A DNA stretch of 64,000 nt. Source: Candidatus Melainabacteria bacterium. Its GTDB lineage: Bacteria > Cyanobacteriota > Vampirovibrionia > Gastranaerophilales > Gastranaerophilaceae. The stretch is taken from positions 22,518-86,517 of the forward strand of contig QHME01000006.1 in NCBI GenBank assembly GCA_003258735.1. The letters run 5' to 3'. This document shows positions 10,024 through 18,551 of the stretch, in pieces; the first letter of the stretch is position 1, and each line of letters opens with the position of its first letter. The notes under the pieces are model-generated. The model saw only the letters and a program-made list of their open reading frames with translations. It did not search any database and was not told where the DNA came from. A program made the position numbers and the translations under genes.

Positions 10024-11346
10024 ATGGGAATATCAGCCTCTCAAGCAAGATTATTAACAATAACCGCAAGGCTTACATCTAATGAGTATGAATCTCAACA
10101 GATTTCTAATGCAAAAATGAGATTGGCTACTCAATCACAAGAAGCAAGTAGTGAATATATTGCTGCCTTGAATACAACTCAATTGCAATTTATGACCTAT
10201 GATTCTAAAGGTTCTGCCATAACTACAGATTTGACTGCAAATTCTTTATATCAATATGCTGATATGAAAAATCAATATGCACTTGTTAATGCAAGTGGAC
10301 AAATGATTGTATCTTCCGGTGATGCGAAAAAATTCCAAAATGCCTCAAACTTGAATGAATTTTTGGAGTCTTATGGAATTACTAAAGTTTACAAGTCTGA
10401 TGCAATTGCAGAAAATGTGAAAAAACTTGAATCAAATAGTTCTGAAGGCGGTGTAAAAGATTATTATGATGCTTGGGAAGCAGCAGTGAACGAGCAAAAG
10501 AAAAATTACACTGATGATGATTATGCTAATGAAAAAGCTCTTACTAATAAAAAATATACAGATGCATTGAAAACTTACGAAGACGCTGTGAACAAAGTTA
10601 ATTCAGGGCTTGAATTGGATACCTCTGGACTTTTGGAAAATCTTACAGCTGCAAAAGTTGCATATTCAAACTGTATCACTTATGACAATTGGATTAAATC
10701 AAAAGCTGCATATACAACAGATGATGCTGGCAATAAAGTTGAAACAGAAGAATATACAAATGTTCAAAAATATTATGAACTTTTGGAAGAAACCTTGGCA
10801 GAGGCAGAAGATTTGGGTTGTACAACAATTGAAGATACCTATACGTATTCAGATGAATCTAAAGCGCAATGGTATACAAATCTTTGGTATAGGTTGAATG
10901 GTGAATCTTCAGATAAGTCTACTGCCGGTGAAAATGGTTCAAATTATGCAATCATGAATAGCAAATTAGGCTCAAGTAGTGATTGGTTAAAAGATGCATT
11001 GACTCAAGGTCTTGTAACTCTTGAAGTTGCATCAAATAAAGATGCAACAAACGATATCCCTGATATGAATAATCCATTGTCAGTAAATTTAAGAGGTATA
11101 AGTTGGACTACAACAATTTATTCATCTGTTTCTGATATTACTCAACAAGATGACAATGCCGCAATTGCAAAGGCTGAGGCTGAATATAACAAAAAGAATA
11201 ACGAAATCAGTGCAAAAGATAAAAAATATGAAAACAAAATTAAAACATTAGATACTGAACATACATCACTACAAACAGAATATGAATCAGTTCAATCTGC
11301 AATGAATAAAAACATTGACAGGTCATATAAAACTTTTAGCGGTTAA
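10024..11346 (+). CDS. hypothetical coiled-coil protein
   Basis: 440 aa with an ATG start. The N-terminus (ISASQARLLTITARLTSNEYESQQISNAKMRL) and C-terminus are predicted coiled-coil. No signal peptide. No flagellin or FlgL signature confirmed. Confidence 0.4.
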   Translation: MGISASQARLLTITARLTSNEYESQQISNAKMRLATQSQEASSEYIAALNTTQLQFMTYDSKGSAITTDLTANSLYQYADMKNQYALVNASGQMIVSSGDAKKFQNASNLNEFLESYGITKVYKSDAIAENVKKLESNSSEGGVKDYYDAWEAAVNEQKKNYTDDDYANEKALTNKKYTDALKTYEDAVNKVNSGLELDTSGLLENLTAAKVAYSNCITYDNWIKSKAAYTTDDAGNKVETEEYTNVQKYYELLEETLAEAEDLGCTTIEDTYTYSDESKAQWYTNLWYRLNGESSDKSTAGENGSNYAIMNSKLGSSSDWLKDALTQGLVTLEVASNKDATNDIPDMNNPLSVNLRGISWTTTIYSSVSDITQQDDNAAIAKAEAEYNKKNNEISAKDKKYENKIKTLDTEHTSLQTEYESVQSAMNKNIDRSYKTFSG

Positions 11347-11454
11347 TAAATTTAAAAACACTACTATTTTATATTTTATAATTAATTTTTCCCCTACAAT
11401 TTTTACAACCCCTCCACTTTATAGTATAATTTACTAAAAATGGAGGTTTTTATT

Positions 11455-12453
11455 ATGCATACGATAACATTGGTTAATGGTGATGGAATTGGTCCTGAAA
11501 TTTCAGCAAGTGTAATGGAAATAATTCAGGCTGCAGGGTTGAAAATAGATTGGGACATCCAAACTGCAGGTGCCGATGTTATTGAACAAGAGGGGGTTCC
11601 ATTACCGAAACGTGTTTTAGATTCGATAAGAAAAAATAAAGTAGCATTGAAAGCTCCTGTTACAACTCCAATCGGAAAAGGTTTCCGCTCTGTTAATGTT
11701 CAATTGCGTAAAGATTTGGATTTATATGCAAATTTAAGACCTTGTAAGAATCTTCCTGGAGTTGAAACCAGATTTAAAGATGTAGATTTGGTTGTGGTTA
11801 GAGAGAATACGGAAGATTTGTATGCCGGAGTGGAAGAACAAATTGATAAAAATACTGCACATAGTATAAAAATTATTACCAGAAAAGCTTCAGAAAGAAT
11901 TTGCAAGTTTGCATTTGAGTATGCTGTTAAGAACAATAGGCATGAAGTGTGTGCTGTTACTAAGGCAAATATTATGAAGTTGTCTGATGGTTTGTTTTTG
12001 GAAAGTTTCAGGCATGTGGCTCAAGATTATCCAAATATAAAAACTCGAGAAATTCTTGTTGATAATTTATGTATGCAGCTTGTTCAAGACCCAACACGCT
12101 TTGATGTACTTGTTTTGCCGAATTTATATGGTGATATCGTTTCTGATTTGACTGCAGGCTTGATTGGTGGGCTTGGGGTTGCTCAAGGTGCGAATATTGG
12201 GGAAGATTGTGCGGTTTTTGAACCGGTTCATGGTTCTGCACCTGATATCAAAGGGCAAAATAAAGCCAATCCGACAGCGCTGTTGTTATCTGCAATAGAA
12301 ATGCTTAAATATATAGGAGAGCGAGTTTATGCAGATAAAATTGAGAAGGCATTGTTTAAAACTTTGGCTCAAGGGTGCAAAACTGTTGATATTGGCGGAA
12401 ATCTGTCAACAAATGAATTTACCGCTGCTGTGATTTCAAACCTTGGCAAATAA
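11455..12453 (+). CDS. isocitrate/isopropylmalate dehydrogenase family enzyme, NAD-dependent IDH-like
   Basis: Starts at the internal ATG 11455, with GGAGG 7 nt upstream. MHTITLVNGDGIGPEI... and the LRPCKNLPG/VVVRENTEDLYAG/NLYGDIVSD motifs are typical of the beta-decarboxylating dehydrogenase family. The length of about 330 aa fits NAD-IDH/IPMDH-type enzymes. Confidence 0.8.
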   Translation: MHTITLVNGDGIGPEISASVMEIIQAAGLKIDWDIQTAGADVIEQEGVPLPKRVLDSIRKNKVALKAPVTTPIGKGFRSVNVQLRKDLDLYANLRPCKNLPGVETRFKDVDLVVVRENTEDLYAGVEEQIDKNTAHSIKIITRKASERICKFAFEYAVKNNRHEVCAVTKANIMKLSDGLFLESFRHVAQDYPNIKTREILVDNLCMQLVQDPTRFDVLVLPNLYGDIVSDLTAGLIGGLGVAQGANIGEDCAVFEPVHGSAPDIKGQNKANPTALLLSAIEMLKYIGERVYADKIEKALFKTLAQGCKTVDIGGNLSTNEFTAAVISNLGK

Positions 12454-12652
12454 GGAAAAATTGTAAATGATATAGGGGTAGTGTGACTCTTTAAGCTTTA
12501 GCGGAGTCCCATAATTTTTTACTCTTGCAAAAGCTTTCTAATTCATGTAATTATCCTAATAATAAATCAATATAATAGAGCGTTTTATCTAAAAAAATGG
12601 TGTTCTAGATTATAGAACACCTCAAATACCTCTTCTTTATATAAATATATCC

Positions 12653-14320
12653 TTATAATTCAAACAAGCTGTGAAGTCTTGCCTGAATGTCATCTTCTTC
12701 TAATTCATCTGTTAATCTGTTTAAGTCAATTGCCATTTGATAGTAGTGCGCTGCGTCATTGGTAAAACCCATTTCCTGACTGGCACGTCCGGCATTAAAG
12801 TATGCTAAAGTATAATTAGGATTTAGCGCAATTGCCTCTTCAAAATATTCCAAAGCCTCTTCTGCATCCATCAATCCGTCAAGATAAAGAATACCTAAAT
12901 TGTTTTGTGCATATTCGTTGTCAGGTTTTAATTCAACAGCTTTGTGATATGCAACAAGCGCTTCTTCAAGATAATCTTTTTCCCACAATGCAATTCCGAC
13001 TTTAGAGTATGCTCTAAAATCTTCTGGGTCCAGTGTAATAGCATCACAATATGCTCGAATTGCCTTGTCTAAATCATAATCTGCCATATAAATATCACCT
13101 AATGCGATATATAAATCATAGTTTTTAGGGTCAAGAATTATACCGGCTTGGTATGTCGATACGGCAGCTTCGATATTTCCTTTGTTTTCAGCATAAATTG
13201 AACCAAGAGCCTGACAAACAATTGAAGTCCATTCCGCATCAGGATTGATTGAAATTGCTTTTTGGTAATGTTCGATTGCATCATCATACAATTCAGCTTT
13301 TGCATAGGCATAGCCTAGAGAGTTGTTGAAAAACGGATTCTCAGGTTCTCGTTCTACAGCCAATTTGAATGCACTTACAGAATTTAATTTATCTTCTTTT
13401 GCCATGTATAAGTGCCCTAATTCATAGTAAATTTGCGCAGTATCAATATCAAATTCTAACAATTTTTCATAACAATCAATTGCTTCCTCCGTATTTTCAG
13501 GGAAGTATGTTTGCATAATTGTTGCCAATTTGACCAAAATTTCACGGTTCATCGGATTAGCTTCAAGAACTTTTCTATAGCAATTTACGGTTGTATCAAT
13601 ATCTTTATTTTTTAGTGCAATATCGCCGATTTTGTTGTAGAAATATTCGCTGTGTGTAGTGTTTTCAACAGCTTTTTTGTACAATTTTTCAGCTGAATCA
13701 TACATTTTAAAATGCTCAAAGAATTTTCCAACAGTGTTGTATGAAAAAACTGAAACATCATCTGCCATGTTTTTGCTAATCATTTTCATTGTCGGTCTGT
13801 CCCATGCCAACATTACACTACCGGTCAAGAAATAATAAACAAAACCAAGATAATCTTTGTACGTTCCATTTTGCGAATTAATCTTTTGCAATAATGATTG
13901 GGAAAGAATCATTCTCGGACGACCTGAACTCAGCGGATTCATTTTTATAGCAGATTTAAATTCTTTTTCTGCAGATTGAAAATCCTGAGCCAATTGCATG
14001 AAATAACCTGTATAAAGGTGGGCGTCCTTATTATTTGGAGATAATGAAATTGCAGTTTTGCACTGTTCAATAGCTGAATTTACACTAATTTGACCTTGCT
14101 CCCACATCAAAGAAGCTAAGCGATAATAAGTTTCAGGTATAGTTGGGTCGTATTTTACCGCGTCAACATAATATTCTACTGCTTCCTGCAAATCTGTATT
14201 GCGTTGACCGATTAAATATTTTTCGTGAGCAAGTCTAGCTTTTTCTAATGCATTTTTTGCTCTTTCTTTGTTTTCTATGCTACCTGTGCCTATCATCGGC
14301 ATTAAAACTTGTTCTGACAT
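12653..14320 (-). CDS. TPR-repeat protein
   Basis: 555 aa. Many 34-residue repeats with the W/LG/Y/A/F/A/P consensus (for example AIDCYEKLLEFDIDTAQIYYELGHLY). ATG with GGAG RBS. Confidence 0.7.
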   Translation of the reverse strand: MSEQVLMPMIGTGSIENKERAKNALEKARLAHEKYLIGQRNTDLQEAVEYYVDAVKYDPTIPETYYRLASLMWEQGQISVNSAIEQCKTAISLSPNNKDAHLYTGYFMQLAQDFQSAEKEFKSAIKMNPLSSGRPRMILSQSLLQKINSQNGTYKDYLGFVYYFLTGSVMLAWDRPTMKMISKNMADDVSVFSYNTVGKFFEHFKMYDSAEKLYKKAVENTTHSEYFYNKIGDIALKNKDIDTTVNCYRKVLEANPMNREILVKLATIMQTYFPENTEEAIDCYEKLLEFDIDTAQIYYELGHLYMAKEDKLNSVSAFKLAVEREPENPFFNNSLGYAYAKAELYDDAIEHYQKAISINPDAEWTSIVCQALGSIYAENKGNIEAAVSTYQAGIILDPKNYDLYIALGDIYMADYDLDKAIRAYCDAITLDPEDFRAYSKVGIALWEKDYLEEALVAYHKAVELKPDNEYAQNNLGILYLDGLMDAEEALEYFEEAIALNPNYTLAYFNAGRASQEMGFTNDAAHYYQMAIDLNRLTDELEEDDIQARLHSLFEL

Positions 14321-14484
14321 TTTGAAGCTCCAATATAATATATAGATTTACATGTCATGTCGTGTGTGAATTTTATATCTTTAAAACATGGAACAAAATC
14401 TCCTCCATTTGTACTAGATGAATAGGCAAAATAAAGGGACTGTTTTTAAAACAGTCCCTTTGGTAAGTTATATGTTTTGTTAAA

Positions 14485-15231
14485 TTAGTTGTTTCTGCTT
14501 TGAAGTTTTGCAAGTAGTTTAAGCAATTCTATATACATCCAAACAATTGTAACCATCAAAGAAAATCCAAAAAACCATTCATAATCTTTGCTTGCTTGAC
14601 CTTGGAAACGCTCAATTGAGTCAAAATCGACAATCAGGTTAAATGATGCTACAGCAACACACACAAGACTAAAACCTATGCCAATCAAGCTGTTTGAGAA
14701 AATTTGCGGAATTGAATGGTTAAAGAAACTCAAAACAACTTGTAATAAATAAATCCCTGCAATTGCAAGTGTTGAGTTAAAAATTACCATTCTAAATTTG
14801 TCAGTGCATTTTACAAGTTTTGTCTTATATAAAATAAACATGCCAAATAATGCTAGCATTGTACCCATTGCGGCTTGTGGAGCAATTCCTGGATATGCCA
14901 TATTGAACATTGCAGAAATCCACCCAAGGAATAATCCTTCACACATTGCATATAATGGAGTTGTTATAATTAGAAATTTGTTTTTAGGTGCAAAACAAAT
15001 AATTATCGCAAGAATAAATCCTACAATTGAACCGCCTTGACCTAGCATGATTGCTTTATCCGCAAATCCTGTTAATGTCAGATACCATGTGTAGGCAAAA
15101 GTTACTGCCATCAATGCTCCTAGAACACATGTTTTTAAAATAGTACCATTTATTGTCATGGCATGTTCACTATCTAATGAATTAAATGAAGAAGATTTTA
15201 AAATTCCTTCTCTTAAAACCGGATTAGCCAT
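14485..15231 (-). CDS. Bax-inhibitor-1/YccA (TMBIM) family membrane protein
   Basis: About 248 aa from the ATG at 15231 (RBS GGAGTGA). Seven predicted TM helices and a charged C-terminus, typical of the BI-1/YccA family. Confidence 0.6.
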   Translation of the reverse strand: MANPVLREGILKSSSFNSLDSEHAMTINGTILKTCVLGALMAVTFAYTWYLTLTGFADKAIMLGQGGSIVGFILAIIICFAPKNKFLIITTPLYAMCEGLFLGWISAMFNMAYPGIAPQAAMGTMLALFGMFILYKTKLVKCTDKFRMVIFNSTLAIAGIYLLQVVLSFFNHSIPQIFSNSLIGIGFSLVCVAVASFNLIVDFDSIERFQGQASKDYEWFFGFSLMVTIVWMYIELLKLLAKLQSRNN

Positions 15232-15364
15232 ATATATCACTCCTTTCAATATCACCTAATTCATTGATATAATAGCATATAAAACGAAAATCTCAATTGT
15301 CTGAGAAAAATTTTTAAAAAAGGGCTTTACAATATATTTTTTTTGTTATACACTAATTACATAA

Positions 15365-15436
15365 TCCTCAGTAGCTCAATGGCGGAGCATTCGACTGTTA
15401 ATCGAAGGGTTGCTGGTTCGAGTCCAGCCTGGGGAG
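15365..15436 (+). tRNA. tRNA-Asn (anticodon GTT)
   Basis: Cloverleaf: acceptor TCCTCAG/CTGGGGA, D-arm GCTC-AATGGCG-GAGC, anticodon stem TTCGA/TCGAA with loop CTGTTAA, T-arm GCTGG-TTCGAGT-CCAGC, discriminator G. CCA is not encoded. Confidence 0.9.
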
Positions 15437-15898
15437 TTTTTTCTATTATTAGGGCAAGAATTAGTTTCAAGCCCTTTTTTAGTGCCTGTTTCAAGAGTTC
15501 GATTGTTGGCATTTTTTTGTTCCAAATTGTACTGATTTTCTATTATTGTTTGGAATATCGGCTTTAGTTTTATATCAAAGTTTTTATCTTTATATGTGAT
15601 TAGTACGCTTTAACATTTCTAACCAAAATAATTTTCCGTTAGTTTTCTTTAAAAAATGAACTTATTTGTCCTTTTAATGTCTAAAAACAACTTATTCCAA
15701 AACAGAACTTCGGCAATTACTATTTGTTTTTAAAACAAAAATTTATGCCGAAGGGAAAACAAAGCTAACGAAGTTTAATCTAACTTTCTGGCAATTTTGT
15801 GGCAAAATACCGGCATTAATGAGAAACCTTGCTAACAGCTTTGAATCTCGTCCCAATAAAATCTTTACCTGCTAATATAACAAAACATTCGCAGAGAT

Positions 15899-15994
15899 GT
15901 CACTGACGCGAGTTTGCAGGTAAGTTCAAGCGTATTAGCATAAACTTTCTACAATTAAAACTCTAATTCTCTTAAAACTCGCGTGAACAGTGAC
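15899..15994 (+). repeat. about 95-nt hairpin-forming intergenic repeat, copy A (candidate sRNA/MITE)
   Basis: 5' arm GTCACTGACGCGAGTTT pairs with 3' arm AAACTCGCGTGAACAGTGAC. A conserved roughly 60-nt loop contains TTCTACAATTAAAACTCTAATTCTCTTAAAA. A second copy lies at 23204..23296. Confidence 0.6.
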
Positions 15995-16045
15995 AAAACA
16001 AATTTTTATAATAAATACTACACTAGAATCGGATATTTACATTGG

Positions 16046-16720
16046 CTACTTCATAAAATATACCATGCAAGGGCGCCCGCCGGTATCGTAATTTATTTGT
16101 TCTATAACTTCACTGTTTTTTGTTAAATAGTGCATGTATTTTCGAACCGTAACTTTTGAAATATCCAAAAATGCGGCAATCTGTTCTGATGTATGTCCGC
16201 TATTTGTATCTTCTCTTAAGTATTCGCGGATTTTGTCTAATGTCTTTTCTTGAATACCTTTTGGAAGTTCAAAATTATTATTCCCAAAATGTTCGCTATT
16301 CATAATTTCGTCAATTTTTTTCTGATCCAGAACGCAAACATTATTTTTTTGAACTCTACACTCAACGAATTTGTCCAGTGCTTGTTGAAATCGTTCTTGT
16401 ACAAAAGGTTTGACAAGGTAATCAATGACCCCAAAGTTTAAAACCGTATCAAGGGTATTTTTATCATTTGATGCCGTAACCATAATTATATCAGTATTAA
16501 TTTCTTCCGTTCTGATTTTTTTTAGCAAAGATAAACCATCTAACACTGGCATATAAACATCAAGGATAGCCAAATCCACTTGATTTTCTGACAAATATTT
16601 GAACGCATCATTCCCGTTCCTGAAAGATTGAACAACATAAAAACGGGAATCTTGCTCAACATAATGAGTATTTATCATTGCAACCATAGGGTCATCTTCT
16701 ACGATTAAAACCTTATACAT
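16046..16720 (-). CDS. two-component response regulator, CitB/DcuR family (receiver + C-terminal HTH)
   Basis: 224 aa. The receiver domain (VLIVEDDPMVAMI...LDVYMPVLDG...VTASNDK) has the conserved Asp. The C-terminal HTH segment (IAAFLDISKVTVRKYMHYL) is typical of the DcuR/CitB family. Confidence 0.8.
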   Translation of the reverse strand: MYKVLIVEDDPMVAMINTHYVEQDSRFYVVQSFRNGNDAFKYLSENQVDLAILDVYMPVLDGLSLLKKIRTEEINTDIIMVTASNDKNTLDTVLNFGVIDYLVKPFVQERFQQALDKFVECRVQKNNVCVLDQKKIDEIMNSEHFGNNNFELPKGIQEKTLDKIREYLREDTNSGHTSEQIAAFLDISKVTVRKYMHYLTKNSEVIEQINYDTGGRPCMVYFMK

Positions 16721-16730
16721 TTATTACCTC

Positions 16731-17534
16731 TTATTCATAATATTCAGGTGCTAATTTCATTGTTTGGAAAAATTCCCAATCGTGAGCAGGAAAGACTTTT
16801 GCATTATATTTTTTAGCCAAATTTCTTACTTTTTCGATTGATTTTAAGAAACTTACACTATCATACATAAAACCACTCATTTTGGCAGGTGGTCCAAAAA
16901 TTTCTGATGTATAAACGCAATCTTGAGGAAGAATTATAGTTTGTCCTTCAAGATGAACAACAAGCCCTAAGAGATTTGGAGTATGACCGGCAAGACAAAC
17001 TACTTCAACCCCTTTTGCAAGTTCAAAATCCTCATCAACCAAATGATATTGTTTTACGGGTGCTTCCAAATCTCCTTTTATATAACCGCCATGAGTTTCT
17101 CTATCAGGGTTCATGTGAACTTTTGCAAGTCCATATTTGTAATCTTCCCCAGGAACATAAACATCAGCGTGAGGGAATAAATTGATATTTCCTGCGTGGT
17201 CTAAGTGCATGTGAGAAAGTACAACAGTTTTAATATCTTCCGGTTTAACACCGCAAAGTTTAAGTTGATTTTCCAATCTTTCTTCATCTTTTTGATAAAG
17301 CGGATAAACTTCTTGCATAGTTTTGGGCCAATAACCGTTCATAGCTTCAGGGTTTGAGCCTGTATCATATAAAATATAACCATCATCTGTTTCAATCAAA
17401 TAAGCCATTACAGGCAGTTTAATCCATTCATTTTGAACATGCGGATTAGAGCGTGTTCCAAGTGTTGCACATGCAACAACGGTATTTTTATCGGTTTCTA
17501 AATACCCTGTATTTAGTGCGTAAAGTTTCATCAT
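16731..17534 (-). CDS. MBL-fold metallo-hydrolase, AiiA-like (N-acyl-homoserine-lactonase-like)
   Basis: 267 aa. The HxHxDH motif (LSHMHLDHAGN) closely resembles the AiiA-type SHLHFDHAGG motif. Downstream His/Asp ligands are present. Confidence 0.7.
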   Translation of the reverse strand: MMKLYALNTGYLETDKNTVVACATLGTRSNPHVQNEWIKLPVMAYLIETDDGYILYDTGSNPEAMNGYWPKTMQEVYPLYQKDEERLENQLKLCGVKPEDIKTVVLSHMHLDHAGNINLFPHADVYVPGEDYKYGLAKVHMNPDRETHGGYIKGDLEAPVKQYHLVDEDFELAKGVEVVCLAGHTPNLLGLVVHLEGQTIILPQDCVYTSEIFGPPAKMSGFMYDSVSFLKSIEKVRNLAKKYNAKVFPAHDWEFFQTMKLAPEYYE

Positions 17535-18517
17535 TTCCCTTCTTTCTTAAATTTAACGGTGAATTTTGTTTCTATTTCCATTTCTGACGTAACTGAAATT
17601 TTACCGTTATAAGTTTCAATCAATGATTTAACAACAAAAAGTCCCGTTCCTCTTGAATTACTTTTTGTTGAAAATCCGTCTTTGAATATCTTTTTCAAAT
17701 TAGATTTTTTTATTCCGTTGCCATTATCGCTTACGACAATTTTTATTTCTTTTGGCGTTGATAAAATAGATACATATATTTTTTTGTTGGAAACATCTGT
17801 TGAATTTAGTGAATCCATCGCATTTTCGATTAAATTTCCAAGCACTGTTATAAAAACATCTGACGGAATTCTTGTATCGTTTTCTTCCAGTGAACTTGAT
17901 GAATCCAATGCAAAATGGATGCCAAGTTCTGATGCTCTAGCAAATTTCCCAATCAAAAGAGCGGCAATTGATGGAATTTTAATTTGTTTAATAATGGTGC
18001 TTATTATTTCTTTTTGTACCATACTGACATTCATAATGTATTCAACTGCTTCATCGTATTTTTTCATTTGGATTAAGCCTAAGATTACATGTAATTTATT
18101 AACAAAATCGTGATTATTTGCTCTCATTGATTCGACAAGATGTTTAACCCCGGTCAAATTTTCTGCAAGTTGTACGACCTCAGTTCTGTTTCTAAAAACA
18201 GCAAATGCTCCAACGATTTCACCATTATCATAAATTGGCATTCTATCAGAAATTACGTAATCATTTTTTAATGATTTCATCTGCACATTGAATTCTTTTT
18301 TGCCTGTCGTTAAGAGTTCACCTAATCTTGATGCAGGATAAATCTCATTCAAATCTTTACCGATAGGTTCACTTTCTGTTATATGCAGCATTGGAATTGC
18401 TGATTTGTTTATAAATATAACTTTTTTGTTTTTATCAATTGCTAAGATGCCTTCCTCTAATGCCATAAGGATATCTTCACGCAATTTAAACATTTCAAGT
18501 AATTTATTTTCATCCAT
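17531..18517 (-). CDS. cytoplasmic sensor histidine kinase, CitA/DcuS-like (PAS + SpoOB-type phosphoacceptor + HATPase_c)
   Basis: 328 aa with no TM segments. N-terminal PAS-like region; H-box region NHDFVNKLHVILGLI; C-terminal GHKL ATPase motifs (DNGNGI, GFSTK...GTGLF). Overlaps the MBL gene by 4 nt. Confidence 0.75.
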   Translation of the reverse strand: MDENKLLEMFKLREDILMALEEGILAIDKNKKVIFINKSAIPMLHITESEPIGKDLNEIYPASRLGELLTTGKKEFNVQMKSLKNDYVISDRMPIYDNGEIVGAFAVFRNRTEVVQLAENLTGVKHLVESMRANNHDFVNKLHVILGLIQMKKYDEAVEYIMNVSMVQKEIISTIIKQIKIPSIAALLIGKFARASELGIHFALDSSSSLEENDTRIPSDVFITVLGNLIENAMDSLNSTDVSNKKIYVSILSTPKEIKIVVSDNGNGIKKSNLKKIFKDGFSTKSNSRGTGLFVVKSLIETYNGKISVTSEMEIETKFTVKFKKEGK

Positions 18518-18551
18518 AATTTTATTTTACCTTGAAATTACAACTTTGCTA

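Noticed and set aside
10024-11346. Flagellin / hook-associated protein assignment for the coiled-coil protein
   Set aside because: The N-terminus does not match the conserved flagellin or FlgL N-terminal helix consensus, and no flagellar genes are nearby.
15343-15567. 74-aa ORF on the plus strand
   Set aside because: It fully overlaps the tRNA-Asn gene and its terminator. It is an artefact of the tRNA sequence, not a coding region.
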